A stretch of 64,000 nt of DNA, from the NCBI GenBank assembly GCA_002633005.1, contig NMRA01000078.1, forward strand, positions 567,868 through 631,867. The letters run 5' to 3'. Under the pieces are notes generated by a model that saw only the letters and a list, made by a program, of their open reading frames with translations, was not told the origin of the DNA and ran no database searches. This DNA is from Phoronis australis (Eukaryota > Animalia > Phoronida). Made by a program: the position numbers and the translations under genes. Positions 26,526 through 39,700 of this stretch are shown here, piece by piece (positions within the stretch are counted from its first letter, which is position 1; every line of letters begins with the position of its first letter).

Positions 26526-28175
26526 AGAATTCCAGAACGTTGAGTACTCGAAAGACTCACCAAACCTCTTTCTTGGCGCCAGATAACGTTAACCAATCCG
26601 ACGCGAAGTGCAAATAACAAATGACATGGCCAAAGTTACTCCCTATCCCTATAAAATTCCTGAGGCTACGTGCAGCTTGTCAAATTTCTTGACACGATCT
26701 GCAATCAGCCAGAGTGGACTGATTCCTGGCAAAATGCAATCTACCCACGGGAAACTATGTCGCAAGCTCCTCAAAGATATCGATGGATAGGCGTACCAAT
26801 GTTCACTTTGTTTTTCTTATACTAAAGATAATGGCAAGCATTTATCGGTACGATATCCACGCGATCTGTATTGTTATGTGCAACAAAGACGCGACAAAGG
26901 AAAACAAGTGTCCTATAGGCGATAATCAGTCGACGCTCTTGCGCTCGTCGCATGGATCTCGCAAATTAAACAAAACCTTGCAACATCCATACGACGTCAT
27001 TTGGCATGGGCAGCTTGCCCCCCCAACAAAAATTGCTCGTTCCCATGCCAACCAGGCCACCGAAAATTCCCACAGTCTTCGCCGTCCCTAGTCACGTTGA
27101 CACTTTCTTCGAGCACAATGCAACTTCCTGTCTCAGACAACTCCACGATCATGGACACAATAAAATGCCATGTCTCCAGCCAACTCTTGCTTGTGGACAC
27201 ACAAAAAATCAGTAGTGCGTCTCACCAAGTAATTTCATGCCCGTGCCCAGCATGTGTCTTGGGAACGGAGACGAAGCTGGAGTAAGGGAACCGAACTTGG
27301 CTGCTGAAGTTCCCGCAATAGTTGATGAAAGCTATTACCCCCGTCAGATGAAAACGCCCATACTTCACGTGACGTAATAGCTTGTGCGTTTATTATGCAT
27401 TGGCCAAAACGATTCATCACTGGAAATGACCAAAAAAGAAAAAAATCCGAATGCTTTTGTGGCTGTAGAAAGTGGCAGTGTTGGTTGAGCTGGGACTTCT
27501 TGTCTCATTTTACTGGGAGACTGCTGTTAAATTTGGATACAGTAAGTAAAACGTGAGTTGACGAAATTGACACTCGACAAACACACGACCCAAAACTTAA
27601 CTTATTGAACTCGCCATTTCTTAGTTACAAAAGCATAGGAAACTGAAACAAAATAACGTCTGAATTGAAGCAGCTAGCTAATTGTCCTCAGAGATGCCCA
27701 GTGGAACAAATGTGTATGTATTAGTAGACGCCATTAGACAACTGAAGTGTTTATTGGCTACATTTACCACTACTTTTCTCAAAATACTAGCCACTCAAAG
27801 TTCTTTAAAGTTACGTCACAACCTAGAAAAATGGCCAAATTTGCTAACTTTGGAGCATGTCGGAAATGGCTGATCACATTCATTTGAAACTCTCTGATTC
27901 TTCTTACAATGTTCTGCAAAACTTAGTTAGGAGTTGTTTTCAAAAAAGTTCCACTTTTATATGAGAAGCTATCGAAAGTAGGATTTTTCAAGTTTGTATG
28001 AAAAAACGTTCTAGTTGGATAAAACAAAAACAAAGGGATGGTTTAGAAAACTGTAACAGAATTCTCTCCCGATTTTGTATCTTCCATTTTCTGCTTGACG
28101 TTTGTGACAAGCTGCTCAAGACTGTGTGAAACAGCGTCAATATCTGTAGACTTTTGCTTCTTACACAACGTATGG

Positions 28176-28242
28176 ATGATTACAGTTTTGCTGCTCGTTT
28201 GCGTTCACGATCTCAACGTTCAGAACAATCCGAGATCAATTG
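28176..28242 (+). CDS. Candidate signal-peptide exon of the CUB/MAM receptor
   Basis: MITVLLLVCVHDLNVQNNPRSI-G with phase-1 donor G|GTACCT joins 30630 in frame (PRSI-G-TLSSPNYP); weak donor. Confidence 0.3.
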
Positions 28243-30629
28243 GTACCTTCTGTATATCGGACTGCTGCGTCTCATACAACGCGCATGTCCAAGATTCACG
28301 TGACACGCGTTTCCACGGAAATGAGACCCACTCAGCGCACGCGCCGCCTTGTAATTTGTGCTGACCCCAAACCTGCCGACAAAACTCAAATCGTAGGTTT
28401 GCTCGGTTTGCTATAGTTGACAACTTTTCTCCAGTACTTCAGTTATAGCTGTCAAACTTTCGTTTCATCAAAAAGAATTTTTAGTATTATAGCATTACGG
28501 AGATAATTGAAGAAGTGCAGGTAATACAACGGCGGAACTCAAATCGCAGTAGGGGTGCCTTCACACCCGTTGCATCGCCCCTGGTTACGCGCACGAATTA
28601 ATCATGACTCCAGGCTCGGTTGATGCGAGTAGTTGGTGTAAAGTCCATTGTGCCCTCCATTTACTTTACGGGTATACGTACATGTAATCTGTCACACCAA
28701 TACTCTTGAGTAAGAACCACGGACGCTGTTAAATTCTAACGGGCAATAATAGCCATTGACAGGTGTCCCAAATTTTGAGAACCTATTTTTTGCCCGTTGT
28801 TCATTGGAGAAAACTACTTGTCAAAATGTGAGACACCCGTAATGTTATGTAATTGTACTGTGATTGTAGAATGAAAATACGTTTAAAAAAGATGTCAATA
28901 ATGTTGTTGTGAATATTTCTAGGGCTTTGCTTCAGTCTGGCTCAAGCAAGGAGTGCAAGTCAATTTAATGGTAAGATGTGTCAATTGCTTAGTAGCATTC
29001 ATGCGCCAACCCAGCCTAAAATATAGGGGACTCGAATTTTTCGGTATGCGGACCTTATACAGAAAAAATCAACGAGGACTAAAAAACGGGGCTACTAGGT
29101 TCAGGCCTACTCCCCCCCACCCTGGGTGCGCCCACAGCATCTAATAGACAGTCAATTGAGCGCGTACATGTACATGTATGTTTAAAGCGGTTATCAGCCT
29201 TCATTCCGTCACAAAAACAGCCTTTGTTATTGTTTGACTTCAGGCTCTGCAAGTTGTCAGTCATAGGAAGATCCAAAAATCACTTCCACGCACTCTACAG
29301 ATCCCATTTTTCGTCACACTGGCGTGAAATTCACTCACACGTTGTGTCTCATTAAAACTGAAGTCCTGGCGCTACCGGTAAAATCGGACAAAACCTGGCG
29401 TTTCAACGATTCTTTGATTTTCGCGTGTGAGATCTAGCTACGCGGTCGTTTGACATTTTTTTTTTGAAATTTGGTATGTAGGTAGATTTTGTCAAGAGCC
29501 ATCAGGCGTGATTGATACATTACATGTTTTGACCTGTTGCGATTCGAGATTTACTGATGAGAAAGATACCGGAGGTCGCTGTTGGCATTGTTGTCTTTGG
29601 GTTGAGCATCATGCCAACGGCGTATTGGTTATACCAAACGATGTCTGATTCATTGACGTGAGCAGTGTCGCTGAGGGAGTTGGATGACTGCTTCTCCACG
29701 TCAGCGATGATCTAGTCCTTTACCTGTTTGTACCAGCAGCGCTGTGGACGTCGTTGCGTGCGATATTGAAACCGCTGATGCTCCTTTGGCATAGGCATTC
29801 TTGTTTGCTATTCCATGTTGTCCAAACGTTGCTGTTGTCACCAGCAGTGAATGAAAGTTGTCATATTTGGTGTAGGCGGCGCTGTTGTTAATAGCAGCGG
29901 CGTCGCTCTCATTGGCAGTGTCGGATCGTCACTGTTGACTGAATTGTTTCTGCTAGCCTCAGCGTTGTCACCTATGTGTTTGTCGTCCGTAGTATGATGG
30001 CCGTTGCCGTGGTTTTTCCTGCTTCTGCCATCGAATCCAATTACAAGTTGTTCCTCTGAGCGCTTGTATTTCACGTTTGGCGCCTAGATTGCTTTCGCAG
30101 TTTACAAGTATATTCAGTGAATCTCAAGGTCTACTACATGTTAATTTATCTTTATACCTTGTTAAGTGTTCCATTAATCTGCACTGTAAGTATCCAAAGT
30201 TCATCGAAAAACCGTCTTTTTGCTGTCATCAGCAACGAATGTTTGTGGACCAAAATAGTGTACAGTCGTGTTGTTCACATATCCCTATGTCCAGACTGGC
30301 TGGAATCAATAGGTTGTTTGACATGCGGCTGCGTTCCGTGGACGGAACGATCTCACGAAAAATGCAAAATGACGCAAGTCTGCGCCAGATTTCGAGATGC
30401 ATTTACGATGAAAATAGCTTGTGAGTATTACATATAAGGTCTGTAGAACGCAGCCCAGTCGTACACCTGACTATCACTTGAAATCTCCAAAACAGTCACT
30501 GGGCGTTTAGTATCCTTTTAACGGGTGTGTACAGAAAGGGTCTTTAATGCTAATATGAACAAATAATGACTTAGAATCTAAGTTGACTACTTCCATGTTT
30601 TATTCTGAACGTTAATTGTTTTCTTACAG

Positions 30630-30775
30630 GCACTTTATCGAGCCCCAACTATCCGCTCAATTACCCCAACAATAAAATCGTATCACATGTGCTTAATGTA
30701 CCGCCGACTAGCGAAGGACTAATTCAACTTTGTTTTGGAGACTTTGAGACGGAGAGCAAATACGATACTTTAACA
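30630..30775 (+). CDS. CUB1 first half
   Basis: TTCTTACAG|; TLSSPNYPLNYPNN..LIQLCFGDFETESKYDTLT; |GTGAGT; phase 1-0. Confidence 0.92.
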
Positions 30776-33700
30776 GTGAGTTACTTGTTTAGTTTTGTTT
30801 TAACTGAATCTTGGTTAATTTACATCACACCTCCATGTTAATCAGCCTAAAACGCAAACTGTAAAGCATGGACCTGTTTTATAAAAGAGTTCAAGTCTGG
30901 CTGGTCGTAGCCAAGACTGTCGTATGAACGATTTTGCAAAAGCGATGCTGCATTTTTGAGTTAGTGAAACGAGTTCTATTGACGCAACGTGCTTGTAAGT
31001 CGCACTGAAGACGAGCGCCTACATTCATGAATTGTTTTCCAATGAAACTACAATACCATCGTCATTTCTGGTAACAAGTGATGAGTTGGGAAACACTCTC
31101 ATAAATTATTGTAATATTCATAGGATACACAGTGCCAGAGTCCTCCACAATCCGCAATTAGGGATATCAAATAATTCCTGAGCTTTCACCAATTTTTAGA
31201 AGGCGTAATAAATGTTATAAATCACTGCCAGTAAATTACAGACCTACAAAGTGTTCGCGTCAGGATTAGGTGATAAAAAGGCCAGCTAGGTGACGGCATT
31301 TTCGCGAAAAATTGACAGATTAGAAATTCAAATTGAATTTATGTTCTGCGACCAATTTTAGTAAATATATAGACACTGATGTTGACAGTAGGCTGCAAAC
31401 AGTAATTGCGCAGATGTCGTGTCCTCAGAAGATCAGTGGTAAGAGAACTAGATCGGCAATCTAGACTCAGACCTGTGGTTCGATTCCCAGTTGTGATTCC
31501 TGATTTATCTGCGTTTATTTGTGATGATTTTTTGTTTACTTGAAACGTATGCAGTATTTTGTGAGTGTGTGGTTATGCTTATTTACTTCGATGAAAATTA
31601 TAGGATGTGATTAAACAAAACTGGACAACTACTCACCAAGTCATATTATGTTATTCACGTGGCGTTTGACAAATGTTTTCAGTTTTTCCAAGATAATGTT
31701 GCGCTGTTTCCACTGTCAATAAATTTTTCCAATTGCTTCACCTACAGGTGCAAGCACCCCAGGTTTTGCATATACATGTAAGAGCAGATCCGCGCAAAAG
31801 CCAATGAACCTAATAGCGATGCAATATGATGAAAACGGTATTATTGTTACTATTTTCTGACATATTCTCAGGCCATTTGTCTAACAGTAACTCGCACAAA
31901 TTCGAATACAACTTTCCAAATATTTCCACACGCGACTGTGGATCGACCCAATCAAGTCTTCGTATACTTCTGGTTGCACCATCAGAATTATTGAATAAGT
32001 AAACGAATTCCACTACTATTTCTCCAAATTTTCTGGGTTGTCAAGTCATCAAGTAAACAGCGATGCCTTCCGTAGACGCAAGAATCTCAAGACAAAGATC
32101 TCTCAAAATCTCGCGAGTGGCAGGTCCTATTTAATGCGCTAGTACTTAATAGGGTAGGATGAGATTCGTTGAATTTGTGACTGATTCGTTGACAGAACGT
32201 CCGCCCCGGCGTCCTTGCCATGCAGACTCGATCGAGAGCTAGAGCATTGGTGGAAATAAGACTGATTCCTCCATTATCTATCATACGTGTATCTGGTATC
32301 TCTTGTAAATTGGCATCACTTTAATCGCAAAAATGAATATTTTTCTATCGAGTCGCATCACATATCCCTGATGTGCATAACCTATGTTCCTCAGAAGGCC
32401 AATAGATGTCACTCTGCCTTTCACTCTATTACAAATGACCGCACAGCACGGGTAGCAAGGCTTGCTCACTGCTTACATTGTTATGGTTACAGGTTTACGA
32501 TTTCCAGACTAACGTCTTCACCATGTTGTACCAATTCTCTGGCAGTGGGCCGAGGATTAAATGTCTGCCAACCCAGAGCAGAAAAGTGATGTTAAGTTTT
32601 AGGTCCGATATGTCCGTAACAAAACGCGGTTATACACTGGAGTACAGCTTAATACCGAACAACGACACTGGCATACCTTCTCCAATAGGTAAGAGTGGCC
32701 ATCCTTGACGAGAGAATGGTTGGATTGGTGGGTTCATAACATTTGAAAGCACAAAAAATGCTTTTATGGTGATTTTCATTATTAGAGCCTTGTCCACCCA
32801 CTAACGAAAAATTTTGGTTCAATTTAAATTAAGCTGCATTTTCACATTTGTTTTTAGACAAAATTTGAGCACGAACTTTAAAATCAGCGCACTGGTAAAT
32901 ACAGGCATTGTGTTAATCATTCGTAATGAAAGTGAACAGTTTTACATTGGAATGACCAAAAGGATTCTCAGCATCAGAATCAAAGAACATTGTAAAGACA
33001 CACACAATGCTGTTCTTAAAACGGGACTTCCACTCTAATTCCTTATCTCTGTTATTGCTTGGTCAAATTAGCTAGAAACAACATACAGCGATGATGTGAA
33101 CATGAAGTGCTTTGAAAATTGCCAAGTGTTATTAAGAACGAGTTTCGTGTTGAAAATGATCCGCCGTAAGTTACTCAACCGTGTCAGATAAACATCGTGA
33201 CGTGGTGTTGGGGATTAACACTGCATGATGCAGGCTATGTGAGCCCCCAAGGTACGTCATTAGTGCAAAGGTCACGTATTTGCAGAGTTTTTGGTTGCAC
33301 ATTTACATGCTGTCAATGAATACAACTGCAGTTTGTTTAGCATGGATGATGTTCATACAGCATTGTCTCGTGTAGTTCCTGCGATACATTAGCATAGTCA
33401 GGAGCTTGAAAATACAAGTTAAATCATGAATTGACCACTGGTCATACTGATTACTCTGGTGTTCAGATCTTGGACAAAGGCAATACACTGCTCTTCAAGG
33501 AAAATAAATATTACAAATCCGGATTATATTTATTTATTTGTTTGTTTAAAATTCTTTAAAAAACTGGGTGACCACTTCAGGGAAAACACTGATTTTCAAG
33601 TGGGCCCAGTCGGAAATAATTACATGAAGTAAAATACTGACGGCTATGTACAGTTAGATTGAACATATTTATATATAAAAAAATTAGTATTAAAAGTAGT

Positions 33701-36700
33701 TAATATGTACAATTAGATGAATAGAGTAAAATAATGATGAGCTGAGGCCTACAGTCCCGAACCACGCACAAAGTCCCAGTAATTCTGTTTGAAGACGTGG
33801 ACATGGGCGCGTTCGCGACGGCAGTCCCCATCTTGTTGTAAGCGCGACAACACCTCTGCAGGCAAAAGTTCTTTTGCCACAGCTCTTTTTAGGTTTATCT
33901 GTAAACAGACAGCCAGAAACACTAGTTGATTGCTAGAGTAACTGGTTTGAAATTGGTGTGAATTAACTATCGTTGACAGGTCAACTGACGAATAGCAACC
34001 TCACAAAGGCAACCTACGTTGATTTAGTGGCGCCCTCTCACGTCGACGGCTTCATCCAGCTTTATCTTGGCGCATCTCCGCTGGAATTGTTCTTTTGGAA
34101 ACTTGTCGTAAGTATTATCTATACATAGCTATGTGATCCGAAAGGTGACATATCCTGGGAGGCTTCAGTATGCACATCCTGAACGTTCTAGCATTGTAAC
34201 AATGGATGGGACATTCACTCCAGCACAGATTAGGCGTCCCCGTCAGCCTCAGAATCAGTGCCATCTGTAATGTAAGCACATACACCACTTTACTCGGAGC
34301 AAGCAATAGAGCTGGTCATATTTAGCTTCCAGTGGGACCAGCGCTGGGACTTGCAATCAAAACATTTCCGAGGAGCGTGTTGCAGATTCGTCGTGATTGG
34401 CAGCAAGTTCCCTGCATTGATTGTCCAGCCTTAGTCCACGAAGTGAGGGTTTTAACACCTAGCCTTACCTTAGGGATGGTACAATATAAAGCTAAAGTAC
34501 TTGAAGCCGACGCTGCTGGACTGGCACTGTGTTTGCAAACAACTTTCACACTGAATTTCTCATACCTGGGAATCGAGGATTACCATTTTAAAGACAAGTT
34601 AAAGCGGTTTCATCTACACAGTGAACGTCATTTTTATTATCTATTTGGCTCGTGAAATTCGTGCCCGATCTTGGAACTGACTGCCAGATATGCAATTGAT
34701 ATAGTTTCTTGGCCAAACGGTAAAGACCAGATTGGTCACCCAAGAATGCACGGTCCTTGTGTGCTTCCTCATGGTATCCACCAAACACTAACAATAGTGT
34801 AACACGATGGGTTTCTTGGTAATCACCACTCTATTCGAGAGAGCAATGAATACATGTTGCAGCAACAACAAGCTTTCCCGAGTTCCCAAATAGAACATTA
34901 GAACATCTCTCAGACATACAAGCCCAACCATCTGAAGTCCAAAAACTACTAGAAAATATTGACGAAAACCAAAACGTCGGTACCAAACTCATAACCAAAA
35001 AAATGATTAAGATAATAGCAAGAGAGCTTACAGCTCCTTTGACAACATTATATAACAAAATACTACAATCTGGAAAATTTCCTCTGAACTGGAAACTTGG
35101 TGTTATGATACCAATACACAAAAACAACTCCAAAACAGACATTGCCAACTATCGCCCCATAACTCTACTAACACCATATCCAAAATTTTAGAAAAAATAA
35201 TTTCTCAACACATGTTTGACCACCTCTCTTCACAAAACCTCATATATCGTCGGATTCATGCCTGGTAACAGCACTGTGTCCCAACTTACAGAAATTGTAC
35301 ACGAAATCCACCTCCAGTTTGAGCAAGGATACATAGTGAGATCCGTATTCTTAGACATTGCTTCAGCTTTTGATATCGTTCCCCATGATCTGCTTCTACA
35401 TAAATTACAATCTTACGGTTTTTCCGGCACTCTCTTCTCACTTTTAAAATCATATCTGGAATGTCGAACTTACAAAGTCCGAATAGAGGGTGTCTTATCA
35501 CGCTCATCAACGCCAGGTTTCGTAAATGCTGGAGTACCACAGGGTAGCGTACTAAGCCCCTTACTCTTTTTATTGTACATCAATGATCTTCCAGACACAA
35601 TAAACTCTAAACCATTCTTATATGCTGATGCCACTGCAATTTTCTACCCGTTCTCAAAAGAGAATCCCGTGACTCCTTACAATTGCAAACTGACCTAAAC
35701 AAACTCTATGACTACTCTTGCAAATGGAAGATGAACTTTAAACCTGAAAAAGTGTTGATCTTATATTTTCTAAGTCTAATAATACTCACTTCCAAACAAA
35801 TCAAATGTTGGATTTATCACTCAATGGGGAAGTTATTCCCAATAAGTTCACACACAAACATCTTGGCTTGCTACTAGACCACAAGCTTACATTTACTCCT
35901 CACTGTCACGAACTCGTTCATAAAGTACAAAAATTAATCAATCCAATTAGAATTATCTCTCGTCATCTCAACTCCATGCATCTTGAAACTCTGTTCAAGT
36001 CTTTTGTTCTTCCACATCTAGATTACTGTGACATAATCTACCAATCGGCAAACGCTGGCATACTTCTTCAATTAGAAAGACTACAATACCAAGCAGCTTT
36101 AGCCATAACAGGAGCATACAAAGGATCCAACACAATCAAGGTTCTAAATAGCAGACTAGCAACCTGTCGTAAACTCTACTTGTCCATGTATACATTCAAA
36201 GTCTTAACCAACATGAACAATTACTCAAACAAAATCCTCTTTGACTCCTACAAAAGACCTAACACGAGACCAGGACTGCCGCAAAGTAATATGCACACTA
36301 TTCCATCTTCCCTCAGCCAAGCCTTCAGGAAATCTACCATATTAACTTGTATTGAAAACTGGAATGCCTTACCATCCAAAATAAAAGAAAGCACTTCAAT
36401 CGTCACTCTAAAAATAACTTTAAAATGCATACTACTACTCAAGAGTTGCCAGTCCCATTGACATCGTTCCAACTTCCTCGCAACCACGAAATAATCCTTT
36501 ACAGATCAAGATGCGGTCTATTCCTAAACAACATAATTTTAATAATATTTCGCCTCTGTTGCTGTGGAGACGCACAGAGAAATGCTCACGTTTTCTTTGC
36601 TTGTGAGGTATGCAAGGAGCAGAGTGTACAGCTTTTCCAGACACTCGAACAATACCCCAATATTTATAAAAAATATTCTGAAATTCCGCAAGTGTACAAC

Positions 36701-39700
36701 AAAATTAACTTTTTTCTATAAGGAAGTCAAGAACTCAACCCAAATGAAACTAAGGTTTTATTCGAAATAGTATCAAAATTTCTTTATAATATTAAATCTC
36801 TTTGTGCGAGTGGACAGAATTGAAAAATGTGTATGAAAATGATTTATTTACATTCGTAATCATATCTCATTGTAATGTTAACAACAGTTTTTTTAATTTA
36901 TGTATTTGTGTAAAATAATTGTATACAGATTTCTTTTTTATGTATTTGTGTAAAATAATTGTATATAGATTTCTTTGTACTTTTTTAACCCAGATATAAT
37001 GCTTCTTGGTTATGTATATTCATTGTATCGAAGATTTCGTAATAAACATTAATACACGTTTTAACTGGTTCCCGGCTCGTATGAGAGGCTAGAGTCAAGG
37101 TCATACTTTTTACGTATTCGATAGCCTTCAACAGGTGGCGCAGTATTACTGTAATCATAGCCATAGCACGACGAAAAGGGCTGTTCTGACATGCCGCTAT
37201 TTGTGTGATGTCACACTCAGTGTTTGGACAAGAAATATCGTTCGCTGGTAAAATCTAACGACCAGTTCCAAGACAGGCAACTATTTTTACGACCCAAGGA
37301 ACCAATAAAGACGGTACCACCTTTGCATGAAGGTGAAACGGTCCTAGTTTGTTTGAAAAATGGCAACCGCCACAATGGTATCGATTTTCTCAGTTAAGAG
37401 AAATTCAGTGTGGAAGCTCTATCGGTTCAGTCTGGTGAACTTCCTCCTCCAGCAGAATCAGAAAAGTACCGTAGGCTTATAGTGCACATCCACGGTAAAT
37501 ACTAGAAGGGTTGGATATTGAAATGACTGATGTGGACTCGGCTTGGAAATTCAGTACAAGGAACTCATTGCTTACCATGTCCGATCTGCAATTTGGTCCG
37601 CAGAAATTCTTGGAAATCGTTTTTGTAGTTGCAATCATCGTTGCAATGCTTGAGCGTTTAACATAGCTTTATGTTTTACAGAATGTGTCACTATTAGATC
37701 CAACTGAAAAATAAGCCGTTATCTTGCTATAACGAGGTACTATCTCCTTATAACGAGATAGGTAAGTCTTCACAACGAATTAAAATGATGCCAAACCCGG
37801 CTTTGGCCTATTATCAGATTCTAAAAACGACTTTCCCGTCCAGTTTTTTGAAACGAACCCTTGACGACCCTCAAAAGTTTGGAGGAAAATTTGAAGACTC
37901 CTTTCAAAGTCTGCTATACGGGCAAGCATTAACTACGCTTTTATCGAATTACACGGCAAGTGTGGAGAAAGACTCTAGATTCATGAATGATTAGCGGGCA
38001 AGTCACACTATGTTTGTGTATTCTATGGTTATACATACTACACGAACGCCACTAATACAGCATTGTTTTCCTTCAAACAAAGGTTGTTTAAAACGCAACC
38101 TGAGGAGTGGCGTTATTGGTCTTCATACAAGACATATGTTCGTCACATCACGTGACCCATACTTAAGTTTGAAATGATTTCAGTCCCGACCGGGGTTCGA
38201 ACCCGGTACTTTCTGCTAACGGTGCAGCAATAGTTTCGTTTTCCTTCAGATAATTGATGTTCAAAACACAACGTCGTATTCGATTGCTCAAATTGTGCTT
38301 CTGGACGAGGCGAGATCTTTTCCAAAATACATCTACTCACGGTCTCGGCACCTAAAACTGATTCCGTACAGACGTGGACAGTTCCCAGTGGACTCGAGCA
38401 CAAACCGTTCGCAGATAAGACTGCCCTGGGGCCTCTACTCCACCCTCAACGACACAGAAATGTTATCACGCAACAAAGGTACTAAAACAGTCTTCCGTAT
38501 TATCATTATCATTATCTTTATCATTATTATTATCATTAATATCATCATACTCGTTATCATAATTATAAAGATTACCATCATCATTATTATCTTTGTTGTT
38601 GTTGTTGTTGTTGTTGTTGTGGTTGTTGTTATTGTTGACGTTATTATTGTTATTATTATTATTATTTCAATTATTTGATAATACTAAATTTGGCCAAATT
38701 AGAAGCAGGAAGTTCAAAACAAAAAAGCGCTAGAGTGCAGTACGAACGACATTTCAATGTTAGGCAAACACCCTCGGCCATAACAGAACAGACCAGAATA
38801 CCATAATAGAATGTTCACTTCGCATAACATTGCATGTCTCGGGATTTTTCAAACTAACACCTATCTACAACAACTCCATCCGACCTGTATGCTCCAACAT
38901 TCCTATTTAGTCAGCTCTCAACATGGAAGGTCCGTGTGTGAATAGCTTCACCGAATAAGAGTTTGGCAGAGTAGTGTGCCCAGTATTGGTGGAATGAAAG
39001 CACAAGACACTGTTTGTGTCCTTTTTTCGTGCCGCCAGTCTATAATGGATGTATTTGATAATTTGATGAGAAATAAATAACCACACATACACAGGCATAC
39101 GCACACGCACACGTGCGCACACACAAGCGCGCGCACACACACGCAGGCACACACACGCACGCACACACAAACACACACACGATAAGCTCAACTCATGTGA
39201 TGGAGTTGAGACAGGCCACAGAGCCCATGTGGAACTCATTCAATGCTCACTTTGATCAGATAGGAGGTTAGGGATTTACTGAAAAAACCTAATGCTCGGT
39301 TAAGGTTAGCCTCCTTTTATACTACGAAACATTTTTGCTAGCAAATATCTATTAACGCAGACCATTCACAGGGAATCAATCTGCATTTTGAGAACCAGTT
39401 TCCGCCACTGAACAGGCATCAAACTGGTTCTCAAAATCCGAAATCCCTGTACGTGACAAAACCCGTTATAAGTGTGGTATTATTGTTATTTGCATCCTTA
39501 TTTATTTTAGCTTTGTACGACAAGATCAAGCGTGTTGTAATGTTTCCACGTATTTTGCACCAAATTAAACGGCCTATTGTCGCCGATTCCAATACAGGGC
39601 ACACACTTGACAGCGGCCCCTATCGGAACGGCGCAGCGTTCACACCTTCGACTTCAAGAAACATGAATTCAAAGTTCTTAACATCAAAGTTTTTGTATCA

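Noticed and set aside
29560-30400. Thr/Asn-rich minus-strand ORF pieces, possibly a Penelope N-terminus
   Set aside because: Many stops and no diagnostic motif
31415-31500. Functional tRNA gene
   Set aside because: Acceptor stem does not pair and the anticodon loop lacks U33; treated as tRNA-derived debris
38479-38678. Very hydrophobic poly-Ile/Val ORF tail suggesting a TM isoform
   Set aside because: It is read-through into an intronic trinucleotide microsatellite past the 38478 donor
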